64,000 nucleotides of DNA from Phoronis australis. Its lineage: Eukaryota; Animalia; Phoronida. Numbering within the stretch: the first letter of the stretch is position 1; each line of letters starts with the position of its first letter. Below the pieces are notes generated by a model. That model made no database searches and was not told where the DNA came from. It saw nothing but the letters and a program-made list of their open reading frames with translations. A program made the position numbers and the translations under genes. Of this stretch, positions 26,527 to 38,698 are shown piece by piece. The stretch is taken from NCBI GenBank assembly GCA_002633005.1, contig NMRA01000328.1, positions 380,134 through 444,133 on the forward strand. The letters are read 5' to 3'.

Positions 26527-29500
26527 GGGTTATTTTTAGGACTTCATCTGCAATCTGTACATTTAGTCGAACATGTACAAAACTATAGAATTTAACTCCT
26601 ACAAGTAGAAGTCTTGTAAAATTTGATTTTTGACTTAATAGCAATCTGCCACTAGTTAGGTCGTGTGACTGCCCTTTTAGGAAAATGTAGCAAAAAGAAA
26701 GATACATTCATAGCAAAACAACAGGGTCAACAACATCACTAAATTATATAGGATATAATTGTTTCAGACAAAATCTCAAAAGCGCTGTTACAATTTTACA
26801 AATCATCGTTTCTGTTTTTGTTCATGAAACTTTATTTTTTTTTCATAAAAACATTAAGTCATATTTTTATAGCACTTCCTGCAAAAAAAGAAAATTTTAA
26901 AAATTCCTAACATTGTTATGGAGAACAATGTATGATGCATACTATCTGAAAGTTCCTTCCAATCAGTAGTTTCTGAGATAAGATGTCCCCAAGTTGGCCA
27001 AAATTGAGCATTTTCTTGGGTCCTACTTGAAAATCATTGGGATCGCAATTCAGTACTAAATAAATGGTGCATCACTAATCATCCAGACTTCAGTTTACCT
27101 GCGAAGTTTCAATTAGAGTAATAGAAAATCTGAAGGTGTATCCCAAACAACCTCTCAACAGGTGCACTTGCTGATGGCCCACAGCCAAGCATTGTTTTCG
27201 CCATCTACTCGCTATTTTATGTTCACGTATGACTAGACAGCCTTGAACTTTGGCTAACTGAAAGGTGAGGCTGATCTTATTCGCATGAAAGTTGTAAATA
27301 CCATGCTTTACGCATTGTTCTCCAAACCTGGGAATCGTTTTTAAAATGGTCACTTTAGCTTGAGGGGATATCGAAAATAGGACTTCCATTATTTTCGTTA
27401 AGTAAGAATGGAGTATCATTAAACGAAAACGAAATTTAAATTAAAAGTACTGTAACGGATTTTTTGAGACATCATCTTGAGCATTTATATGGAACAAAGT
27501 TTGGCCTTATAATTGATACTCTTGTTTTGCTATCAATGTACATAGCAGATAGGTAAAAAGTAAAAACAAAATTCTACATGCAGACTTTTTACATTTTACA
27601 GAATAGATGCTTTTACTACATTAAAGCCTACAGTTTTAAGTGTAGACATTGATGTGGTTAAATACACGGACTTGTCGATTAGGTCTTAAATACTCTTGAA
27701 GGAAGTCTGCCTTTTCTTGTTCGGTGCATCTCAACTTAAAAAGCACATAAGCCCACAATTAGAGTCTGCATTTCGCAGTATGCTAGACCCCATATCGCTA
27801 AAGCTGTTGTTTTGATCAACTGCTCTGCTAGGTAGTAATATTCTGAATGCAATGATTGTATATTATTCAAGACAAAATCAGGCGACATTGTAGCAGTTTT
27901 AGCGCACCTGTTGGCCCGAGCAAAGCATGTTAGTGCGTCAAAAGTTGCCAGAGAGACGATAAACAAATGTGGAAATTTTACGAGTGAAAATGAATGTATA
28001 CCGTAACGCGGAAGTTAGTCTAAGCTTAGATCTGAGGTCTGAGATCCAACTTTTTTCACGTGACCTGAAAGCAAGCCTCGGAATTTTGACGAAATTTTCA
28101 TGAGGTTTTGCCTTTGTCGTAAACCTGAGACGAGTGTAAGATTCTCTATAATACATGTTCTTCCGACTTGGACGAGCTTTACTACCGGTACATATAAAGC
28201 GCACCATGTCAATTTTGTATTTCTACCAATTAAAAGCCCACTTTACAGGTATTATGTATAATTTTGTTTTCATTTGCTCTAAAAAGTTGATTGGGTTACA
28301 CTACAACGAACTTCAGTTACAGAGAACGTGTTCGATTGATCCAGGGTGGTTTGTTGTAACGAGGTTAGGCTATAACTGGAAAACAAAACAAGCGAGAAAA
28401 TACGGGCACTGTACACTTATCTAGAAAAATTCTAAAAACTAAAGGCAGGTTTGTGCTTTTTGAGACACAGCATAATTCATTGGTTGTCTTTAAGTGTATA
28501 TTCAAATGGGAACGATAGGTAAAGTTCGTCAAAATAAGATGTGTTGAGTGTTAACGTAATACTTGTAGTATACATTACAAGTGTTCAGGATAGAGACGAA
28601 TTGGCAAGAGAAACGCGCAACCCGTACATAAATTAAGTCTTTAAACGTCGAGTGAAAATCTAAACTGACTCACACACTGTGTCTATTATTGCAAATAATA
28701 TGTAATGATTATGTTACAAGTTTCCATTTGGCACTGTTCACACTAATTATCGTTTATTTTAATTTTTTAATTTTTTTTTCAAAGTACGCCTCGGTATTGA
28801 TTGAGAGTGAATTTTAATAATAATTTCATTGAGGAGAAAATTGTTGTGTATAAGAAACAAAAGGTTGTGCGATTAGATTTGAGCCTGTTAATTGGTATAA
28901 AAGGGGACGTCAAGTTAGGTCAGTAATGAAAGTGTTGTACCTCGAAGGTCTAATTGCTATTTCAATCGGTGTTTTAGAGTTGATGCTGAAAAAGAATGTC
29001 GGTAAAAGATTTATCTGAAACTTGAAACAAATCATCAACAGACGGAATGCTCAGACATGTTAATGTCTTGCTGTGAGCGAAAAAGTCACAGGGTGTAAGA
29101 CAACCTAATTGGCCTTCTTAGAGTCACTGAGTTTTGACCTCGGACCAACGTTGACTCAGAGAAGACGGAACTAACGCATTTACTATAACCTAACTAGTGT
29201 CTGATCAGGCAATAAAATAAAATGTGGCGCAGTTGTGATTTTGTTCACCACTTCACGATCCCCTAGCCAGAATAAGAAATGCAAAACATTCAATTAGAAA
29301 ACAAATTACTGATGTTTCCACGGGGATTTGTGTATCACAAAATGAAGTGCCTTTTGGACATAACCTTAAAAATCATCTACATACGAGGGAAAAGTGTGTA
29401 ATTCTGTGTAAATTCCAACTATTTTCCGACTTCCAAAGTATTAATAAAATCATTCCGGATGGGAAAATGGATACAGCATTGTTTTTTACCAAGCTCCTCA

Positions 29501-30308
29501 GCAGGGATCACAACAGACGTGGAAAATGTTTCGAAAATAGCATGAAATTTGGATTAGCAACCTCTGAATATTATGGTCGTCCTATCACCTAAGCTATCGG
29601 CAAATCCGATGACAAATTGAATTCCATCAAAAATTTGACTTAAAAAAAGTTGTGCACTCAAATATTGGCTTCCGGACTGTTGTTAACATTCGGGCCTGAA
29701 CGGGGCAAACTTGAAACCTCAAGAGGCGTGGAAAATTTTTCACAGTGACGCTGATATTTGGCAACAACAATAACAAGTCTTAACTTGCACTCTCTGCGAC
29801 AGACTGTAGAAAATTGTGTAGTTAGATGATCTCCCTTCATTTTCAAATTATGATGAAAAGTTAGTTCATGTGTATTTCCAAAGGTCGTAGAGAGTTAACG
29901 CCTTTGGTATTTCTTATAGGGCTTCTGGCAGAATTTAGCGCAAGCGCAGCAGTACATGTTACAAATTTCTAGCGATGAAGTTCGTCGGTCTGACGTAACG
30001 CGAGTCGTCGGACTGGCGTCAGGGGCGTTGAGACATGCCAGCATACAGGCCGTCGAGACAACTCGAGCGGCTATCACTGGGATTTTGTTGCCCCAACGCC
30101 TAAGCCCGTCCTAATCATGAATTCACAAATTGAACGCTCGTGGCTTAGCCGCAATGCTGCAGAAAACTTATTCGCTAACTTCTCTCATACGGTCGGGCCT
30201 AATGCAATGATTTTAAAAGTTCTCAAAATCTGCCCGGTTTATGGTAATGCAAGTTTACCGGCGGGTTTCTGACTTGTAGGCGGTATGAACGTGAAATTGA
30301 CCTGACCA

Positions 30309-30477
30309 CACTGGCGGATTTAGAGGGGGGGGGGGGCAAGGGGGCCATGGCCCGGCCCCCCTAAAATTCTCCCAGATTCCATTTGGCAGTTCTGGGGTGC
30401 GAATGTCTGACGGCTCCTGCCTAATACCGTGTGCCCTGCCCCCCTCCCCCTAACTCAAAATCCTGGATCCGCCCCTG
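30309..30477. mobile_element. GC-rich hAT-like MITE with 5-bp TSD
   Basis: gacca|CACTGGCGGAT ... ATCCGCCCCTG|gacca. Confidence 0.85.
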
Positions 30478-31556
30478 GACCAAAATTTCTTAATTGATTT
30501 TGCAAGGCAATGGCCTTGAAAGAAGTCCGATGCCTATAGAATGAACTGTCAAAGTTTGTGTGTTAAACTCGGTAAAAAAGTATATTTACCGATCCCGGCC
30601 ACTAAGTCCAACTTGGAACCACGGCTGCGTACGCCGGGAAGACGAACCGCAAGTCCCCGGCGGTGTACGTCATCACTGAAAGGCAACTCTACTCTTGCGG
30701 TCCTGCTCGAGTTACTTTGGAACTTGGAAAGTGACCGGTGTAATAACAGCAACCCCACACCCTCGCGCCAGGATTCCTCTTGTACACTTGCCGGTGAACT
30801 TCGATCGGAATCCTGGTTTACTTTGTCAAGCCGCGTATGCAACTTGGAACTTTGGCATTTGGGCAATCAAGTGAATTTTTGTTCAGGGTAAAGAATTTTT
30901 GTAACTATTGGCCTCATGATCATCCATTTTAGCGCAACTCATGTGTCAAAGAATCGGAGGAATATGTAATTGGTTAAACGATTTTATTAAAATTGTTCTT
31001 GGTAAATAAGATCGACGAATTGGATTCGTTCAAATTTACGTTATTTTAATTATACGTAATTTGATTTAATTTTGGTGCAAATTTTAACAACGTGAACGTG
31101 ATTATTAGAGTTTCTTCCTGTATTCCCATTGGGGGGAGGGCCAGCCCAGGCGACCGGCAGTGGCACTGCGCACTACGACTCCGTTTCCGTCGTCTGCTTT
31201 ACTGTGCAATGAAGAAAATTACTTCATTTTTTAAAGAATATGGAATCTGAGTGACGATGAAAAAACAGAACCTGCTGGTAACATGTGAATTTTAATCGAA
31301 GCCTTAGTGAATCACTCAGAAACTCATAATTCTCTCTTTGTCAAGCCTTAAGACGATTTCCAAAGCAATCGCGTCATTAATAACGGATTTGGTCTTTTGG
31401 GCAATTGAAGACTATTTTAAATACCACAAATTTGTTACGAACTGATTGCAGAAAATATAGAAAGTGTAATAAGCATTACAAAAAGAACAGTTTTCGCGCG
31501 CAAACGCTGTGGACCATAAACAAGTAGGTCTCTTTGAAATTAATTAGTGTGAAATC

Positions 31557-31630
31557 GTGGTGGCGCAGCGGTAAAGCACTGTGCGCGCTCGATCCCCAGG
31601 TACGTCGTGAGTTCGAGTCTGTGGCTAAAA
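31557..31630 (+). mobile_element. tRNA-derived SINE head
   Basis: A-box TGGCGCAGCGG, B-box GAGTTCGAGTC, no complete cloverleaf. Confidence 0.55.
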
Positions 31631-32036
31631 GCAGTTTTTCCCGTTTGACACCTTTTACGTGTTTTTTTTCTTTGCCTTTTTGTTCTTGGATAATACTTCA
31701 GGAATCAAGGAAAATGCTTGATTTTTAGAGGAAAAAACAGAAAAAAATTCCTGGCGGGAGGGGGGTCACAACCCCTCCCGACCTCCCCCGGTGCTATGCG
31801 CATCTACAATCGTGCTTTACGCAAATGTTTACAGACAAAATGTTGCCCCCCTTGTGATATCCTAGATCCGCTACTGATTCCAAGTTCACGCATACGCGAT
31901 CTTTAAGCAAGATTCCAAGATCACGCAGCCCCCCCCCCCGCCCTTCCACTTTCCCTCGTTTCGCGCCTCCTAGTGGTGAAGAGAGTAGGTGACACTAGAA
32001 TGCATGATCGGTTTTTATACTTTAGAGCACACAAAG

Positions 32037-32159
32037 ATGATTCACATCGAAATTGTACCAGAATTTGTCTACGTGGTTGTTGTAATTGTTCTTACACATT
32101 TCGTTATCAACTGGTTAGAGTTACAGGTTGCAAAAGCTAGAAAAACATACGATGTTCCT
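32037..32159 (+). CDS. MGST3: MGST3 alternative first coding exon A (TM1)
   Basis: aaagATG...CCT|GTAAGT, phase 0: MIHIEIVPEFVYVVVVIVLTHFVINWLELQVAKARKTYDVP (human ...NVSKARKKYKVE). Confidence 0.85.
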
Positions 32160-32245
32160 GTAAGTGGTCTTCCAAAGATAGTTTCTTAACAGATTAATTA
32201 TCGAACCACAAGAAGTTCAAGCTTGATAAACTCTCGATTTCAAAA

Positions 32246-32371
32246 ATGGTCTTATTTGAAGTTTCCCCAGACTTTGGTTTTGTCATCTTTAGTGTTATAG
32301 CCAGTGTCTTTGTTTTATTCTGGCTGGGATGGAATGTCGGTCACATTGCAAGACCTCTCTATGGTGTTAAA
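32246..32371 (+). CDS. MGST3: MGST3 alternative first coding exon B (TM1)
   Basis: caaaaATG...AAA|GTAAGT, phase 0: MVLFEVSPDFGFVIFSVIASVFVLFWLGWNVGHIARPLYGVK. Confidence 0.82.
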
Positions 32372-32483
32372 GTAAGTTCGAACTAGCCCGTCCGGAAAGT
32401 GACGCGACGCGCCCCGAGCGTCGTTGTTTGTTAGCGGTTTGTCCGTGGAGGCGTGAAATCAGACCCGTTCTTTCTCCAGCCAA

Positions 32484-32606
32484 ATGTTCACTTTACAGAT
32501 TCCAGCCGACTTCGGCTTGGTGATTTTTAGTCTAATCAGCTCGGTTTTTGCTCTGGCTTGGTTAACAATTAATGTAACCAGGGCGAGAACAACTTACAAA
32601 GTTAAG
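32484..32606 (+). CDS. MGST3: MGST3 alternative first coding exon C (TM1)
   Basis: ccaaATG...AAG|GTAATC, phase 0: MFTLQIPADFGLVIFSLISSVFALAWLTINVTRARTTYKVK. Confidence 0.85.
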
Positions 32607-35104
32607 GTAATCTAAGATTACTGAAATTATAAATGTCTGACCTGTCCTAGCCTAGGTCAGGACTAGGTCGAGCAAAGACATAGTAGGCCTGCATTATGTA
32701 TTCCCCAGGGTTACTGTACTTATACATTTCGCAATGCACACTAAGTGTTAAGTGCATTCAACTTTCCAGCCTGAAATTGAAAAGAATGTTTGTGGGAATG
32801 GTTAAAGCATCATATTCTCATACTGATGCTGAGGATTTATGAAATTATAGGAGCAAAATGTGAGATTACATAATCTTTCTTTATGTTGCTTATGTACAAT
32901 GTTGTATGTCTATTGATTTCCATATAGAACTTTTACAAATTCTACGACCTTTGTTTCCCCAAATTTAATGGACGTGCACTTTGGTTGGGCTTCAGGAATA
33001 ACACATCTCACATCTCATTATCAAAGTGAAGGTGCATAGCAGGTTTTTTTCCAACAACTGCTGAGTTGTGCCACTGCATTTGGTATATACCTAGGCTAGC
33101 ACTAGCTGCTTGCCATTGGCGAATTCTGAGTGGCACTGGCGATGGTAGATTTAAGTTGGTGAATGTTTTCACAATTTAACAATAAAAATTAATTTTGGGA
33201 AACCTCCTCGCCTGTCGACTCACAGTCAGCTCAATTAAATCAAGTCGCACCGCTAACTACATTCTTACTTCAATTCAGAGTCCTAAAAATTGCATGTGAA
33301 TGTTCCATTTCACGTCAGTCACTTCCTCTGAAATCAGTATTTTACGCAACAAAAAGTTCAACTATGTAGGGGGTCAGCGCTCTTGATAATTGCAATTTCC
33401 CGCTTCTGATAGCGAGATCTCTTGTAGCTGCTGCCATTTGTCATTCGCAAGTGGCAACGTCAAAAAAAGACGAATAGAAGACTTTCGCCGGTAACTGCGA
33501 CTCAGTCTCTCAATAATTTTTACACTCGCGACTTGGTGTGAGCTGGTCCGACGGTATTAAATTACCCGGGGGGAATAAAACTGAACTGAATTGAGCTGTC
33601 TCAAACATGTAATATGAACTCGAGGTTTAAATGTATTATTTTCATACTACATGAATGTCTCCTGATTCATTAATTACTAACTTTACCAAAATTTTTCAGC
33701 GCACGATTTGTCGTGTCAAATATTGTTTGAGACTTGACTCTGACTGGTTTTCTTTTCAAGGAGTAAAAGGCACGGAAGACGCCGGGAAGAACAAGTTTGT
33801 TATCTATTTTTCAATAAATCAAAATACGTCACATGTCATACCTAATCAGGTCACTATATGTCACAAGTGTAAGTACAGGGCCCTCGATTATCCAAGAGGA
33901 AAGGAACCTGTGCCGTCTGAGAGGGCAATTTTTGGGCTAAAATTCTGCCTCTGATCACCATCAATAGCACCCCCCTCCCTTGCAAGCCCTCATAGGCTCT
34001 GCTGCAAGTAGCCAAAAGTAATATTTTGTGCTCTTTCTAACTGTGACCTGTGTGAGTTACAAATGATTTGAGCCTTGAGGAGAATTTTTGGGCCTCATGT
34101 GGAATCTTGCATTTTTTCAATGTATTTTGGAGGGGAATGAGGTCGATATTTAGCCCCAAAATCAAGGAACTGAGGGCCCTGAAAAAGTTATTGCGAGACT
34201 AGGAGGCGTTTGCATTTCGGCTTTGGCGGCGGCCAAAAGAAAGCAAAGTAAAGTCAATGTCAGATTGATACTTAATGCGTGTTATATTCACTACTCCGCT
34301 TTATTTTGCAAGTCATAACTTATGTTTACATTTTTGGACCTAAGTGTCTTGGTCATCAAAATATTCACATGGCCGCTCTAGCCTGGCGATAAGGGGAATT
34401 CCTTTTCAATTTTTTTAGGTCAACATCAGTGAAATGCACATGTGACTGACGTACCCCCGCCGTATCCTAGGGATAGGGGGAACCACTCCCATGTTTTCAA
34501 GGTCAACGTCATTTAAATGCCTATGTTGCCGGCGTACAGACGCAGTAACTCGAGTATAGGGGGAGCCTCTGCCCAAACTTTTTAGGTCATAATAATACCC
34601 ATGTTGGCTAATATCCCCTCCAACTTGTTAGGTTGCTATATGACCTTGGAATGTTAAAATTGTTTGTTTTTTGTCATAAGGAAAACATCTTTTCTTATAG
34701 TACATTTATGAAAAAGACCTTTGCATAACATGAAAAATAAAAAGTTTTGTCCGTGTAGCTATATTTTTATCAATTGTGGGTGTTGGGAAAAGAAGTATTT
34801 GGCTAAAAATTTTTGAAAATGGCTAAAAGTTTTCAGATTCTTTAGCCATTTTGGCTAATACCTTTAAAAATCTGGCGCTAGGCTAGTGTACCTATTGACT
34901 TCTCAATCAGTTTCATGGTATGAAGATGTGTGGTATGCTCGTGGAATAGGTTTGGTCAGGGTAACATTCATGATTTCAGGTTCCACGTCGCACATTGTCA
35001 CATTATAGGTATTCTTCAATAAATGTATTCTAGTCAAACAATTAGAGGCTGGAACAATAAAAACTACCGATACTCTATTTAACCATAGTTAAATGCACAT
35101 ATTC

Positions 35105-35170
35105 ACTGCTGGGACTTGGACGCAGGTCTGCCGTGATAGTCCAGCATCCAAACCAATTAGCCAAAAGGAA
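35105..35170 (-). mobile_element. Degenerate tRNA-derived SINE head
   Basis: Minus strand TGGCTAATTGG ... GCGTCCAAGTCCC (A/B-box-like). Confidence 0.35.
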
Positions 35171-35486
35171 ACTGCCCCTTGGCAGGTGATATAGAGAATT
35201 TATAGCGTGACACAACCAGAAGTCACGTGATACAACAATAGTGGCGAAATTTATTTACTAGTTCTCGTGCTGCGCTCAATAAATATGAAGATATGTTAAT
35301 GTGTAATGCATCTGGAAGTTTGGTTGACTATTCCAGTTTTAAGTTGTTTGTCAAACTTTATAGCTTGATAAATGAATGGCCAGCGTTATTTACAGCCATA
35401 TAAGTTGATTTATAGTGTTTACCCAACAAGATGTTCAAATGTCATTTCACAAATGTAATTACCTGAAAAAGTGTTGAGTCATTGTT

Positions 35487-35862
35487 AACTATCTTTGTAG
35501 TACCTCAAGATGTATGCTGACGATGTCACGTCTAAAGAACACATGTTTAACTATCTTTGTAGTACCCCAAGATGTATGCTGACGATGACACGTTTAATGG
35601 ACACATGTTTAACTTTCTTTGTAGTACCCCAAGATGTATGCTGACAATGACATGTCTAATGGGCGCATGTTTAACTATCTTTGTAGTACCCCAAGATGTA
35701 TGCTGACAATGACACATCTAATGAACGCATGTTTAACTATCTTTGTAGTACCCCAAGATGTATGCTGACGATAACACATCTAATGGACACATGTTTAACT
35801 ATCTTTGTAGTACCCCAAGATGTATGCTGACGATGACACGTCTAATGGACACATGTTTAACT
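35487..35862 (+). repeat. 62-bp tandem repeat x6 made of the MGST3 intron-1 acceptor plus the first 48 nt of exon 2
   Basis: Unit aactatctttgtAG-TACCCCAAGATGTATGCTGACGATGACACGTCTAATGGACACATGTTT. AG ends at 35500, 35562, 35624, 35686, 35748 and 35810. Confidence 0.97.
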
Positions 35863-35887
35863 GCTACCAACGGGCTCACCAGAACAC
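35811..35887 (+). CDS. MGST3: MGST3 constant exon 2
   Basis: 77 bp, |gtatgt donor: YPKMYADDDTSNGHMFNCYQRAHQN(T), with the MAPEG signature FNC.QRAHQN. Confidence 0.95.
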
Positions 35888-37118
35888 GTATGTACCCGAG
35901 ACCATTATCTCATGTTTCCATCACGGTTGCCAAATACTATTATACTATGCAATTTTTGTAAAAATATTGATGAAGTAAAATCCACATGTAAGTCTGATTC
36001 CAATCTTGTTTTTACTCGAGTGAGGTGACGTCTGACTACTTAAAGGCCAAATGCACATGCTAGGACAACTGTACCCAGTGGGTCTTTATCTGAGCTAAGC
36101 AGGTCCAACAGCTAGGCAACCCGACTCGAGGTTTACTGTTGTTGGGGAGTACTGTAGTTTTAATTTTCAGTTGATAAAATGTATAAAATTCACGATCATC
36201 TTCAATTTTGCACAAAAAATATTGTCAACAATGCAATTTTTCAAAGGTGGATTACGTTGTTAAAATGTGCAAAATTGTACCGTTTGTTTTTATGATAAAC
36301 TTCTACAAACCATGCAAATGACATAGTCAAGATTTTTTTTACTTTTGTTTTTGCTGAGAAATTTGAGGAAACAAAATTTCACTTCTGCTATGTAATATAC
36401 GTAATAAAAAGCATTTAACGTACTCGCAGAATGCTCTTGATTGGTTGTCGGTGATCTTGAATTGTAAACTTGTTCAGCTCACAAGGTGTTTTTGTAGATT
36501 TTGGAAGTGAAGGTGGATAACACAAGGTTATTAAATATTCATGAGTCTTATTCTGAGCTGAAGTTTTCAGAACTCGGTCTTCATACTTGATAGGCAATTT
36601 TGGTTGATCATAATTTATCATAAAACAACATTTTTGTATAAATTCGTACTCATATTTCTATGAACTCATATAAATGTTTATGATAAGAATTTATATTTAT
36701 TATTGACTTAAATTTTCACGCAATATTAATCATCAAATGTGATTATTAATGGTTGTTTTTTATCACTGAGCAATTGTAAGTGATCAAGAGGTTTTCTGTG
36801 AATGCTGCTGTGAATGGTAATCATCTATCACCAGCCTGATGTTCATTCATCGTTAGTCTGATATGAATTATATCAACCAAAATTGGGCTCTACATTATTG
36901 TTTGTTATCGTTTGCCAGTTGTTTTTACTACTTGACTCGTATATATCAATGCAAGTGTGTTTTGTTGGAGCTCAGTGTGAATGAGCACTGGAAATGAATT
37001 CTTTCAAGGCTCTAGATAGCAAGCAATTTTATATTACACTACGAACTAGAAATGTACATGGTTCTAATACTTCTACACGTGTTAAAGAGAGTTACAAAAA
37101 CAACCGTGTTTATTTCAG

Positions 37119-37176
37119 GTTGGAGGGTTATCCAATCTTTTTGGTTCTGCTGCTTCTCGGGGGCCTTTACCTTCCT
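37119..37176 (+). CDS. MGST3: MGST3 exon 3
   Basis: tttcag|...|gtaagt, 58 bp: (T)LEGYPIFLVLLLLGGLYLP. Confidence 0.96.
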
Positions 37177-37340
37177 GTAAGTACATTGCTTATCTTGTGT
37201 CTGGATGAGTTAGCTTATATGATATGGGATAATTAATGCAGTTTTATCACAATTCGCAAGTTGCTCTAAGATTGGATGTCATTCCATGTCACTTAAACCT
37301 ATTGGCTGTGTTATTGAAGTAATTTCCCTTTTGTATGTAG

Positions 37341-37413
37341 AGACTGAGTGCTGCCGCTGGATTGCTGTGGTCTGTGGGGCGAGTGATGTATGCTAAGGGA
37401 TACTACACTGGAG
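37341..37413 (+). CDS. MGST3: MGST3 exon 4
   Basis: atgtag|...|gtttgt, 73 bp: RLSAAAGLLWSVGRVMYAKGYYTG. Confidence 0.96.
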
Positions 37414-37669
37414 GTTTGTACTGGCTGCCTTGTCAGACATTGTTGCTCCCAATCACTGGGTGTATGAGGAGGTTGTGTTCAATAGGGTCACCTTTTGACC
37501 AAGACTGGCTCTAATTTGTTAACAAAAAGTGATTACGTTGTGGCTAAAGAATCCTGTGTTAAACTGAACTTTTTAGAATACCCCTTCTTTAGAATTGCTA
37601 ATTACTGTTCATGGCTGGGAAAATATCGTAAATCTTCAGCAACACACAAACTTCTGAAACTGTATTTAT

Positions 37670-38452
37670 CTTTTTGAGTTTTTCTTCTCAGATCAACATG
37701 AAATTTACACACATGTGCCTTGTGAATGGCTCAAAGCCTATTGTTTTTAGTTCAAATTGGACACGAGATGGCTCTGTGGCAGTCATTTTTCACGTTTTTG
37801 GTTTCCGGAGCCATAGCTCTACAGTTTCTGGTGGGATTTTTTTCTGTGGGTAGATCATATCAAGGAATATCGGAAGTGTGCCATTTGTTTTTCTCCGGGT
37901 CTTTTCGTTCTCGAGTTATTCAACATTTCCAGAAGACTGGTGCTCAATTCATTGAGTTTTTGTACCATATCGTCGACATTCCTTGATGGATCTGTCTGAA
38001 ATTTGGTATGATAGATCTTTTCAAGCACTGTCAGCACAGTGAAATCCATTTCTTGTTACATCTTTCCATTATCGCGATATTCAAAATTTACTGCAGCTTA
38101 GATGGCTGTTCTTTTATTCACAAGTTTATTATAACTGCAGTTTGTTAGCCATTTTGTGCTAGAGATCGCACTTTTTGTCTGATCAACATGAAACTGAGGT
38201 ACAGTGTTTATGCCACTGGACTTGCTTTGAGGAAATCGGATGCAAGATGGCCCTGTGGCTGTCATTTTTTTAATTATGTTTGCGGACCAAACCTTTTCAC
38301 ATGTAGTTTGTAAATAGTTCTCACGTGGGCTAATATGTTGGTCTAATAGGCGTGATGTTCATGACTGTTAATTTTCTTAGTTTCATCATCTACCTCACCT
38401 TTTAAAATTTTATTCGATTTTGCCAAGTGTTGCTCCTCTGAGCGCTTTCTTA
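37670..38452 (+). mobile_element. Decayed HINE-type element in MGST3 intron 4
   Basis: 3' end tttgccaagtgttgctcctctgagcgctttctt matches the end of the 58735-59660 element. Internal repeats. The 5' boundary is approximate. Confidence 0.55.
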
Positions 38453-38591
38453 TTTTAAGTGAGTGAGATTTTACTAAATAGAGTAATTATATTTCATATT
38501 GTATAGAAATGTGAAGTGTTTGTAGTTAATTAAAAACTGATAAGAAGTCACATCATCAGCCATTAACATAATGTTTCTATTTATATTGCAG

Positions 38592-38698
38592 ACCCGTCAA
38601 AACGAGTTTGGGGAATAATCCATCTGGTAGGACTCTTGATTCTGATGGTCAATACATGTCTCTTTGCATGCAAGATACTTGGCTGGTTTACTCTTTGA
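38592..38698 (+). CDS. MGST3: MGST3 last coding exon (TM4)
   Basis: ttgcag|: DPSKRVWGIIHLVGLLILMVNTCLFACKILGWFTL*. Confidence 0.95.

Noticed and set aside
35487-35862. CRISPR-like array (also 56461-56740 and 25232-25384)
   Set aside because: Head-to-tail repeats with no unique spacers, in a eukaryotic context with no cas genes.
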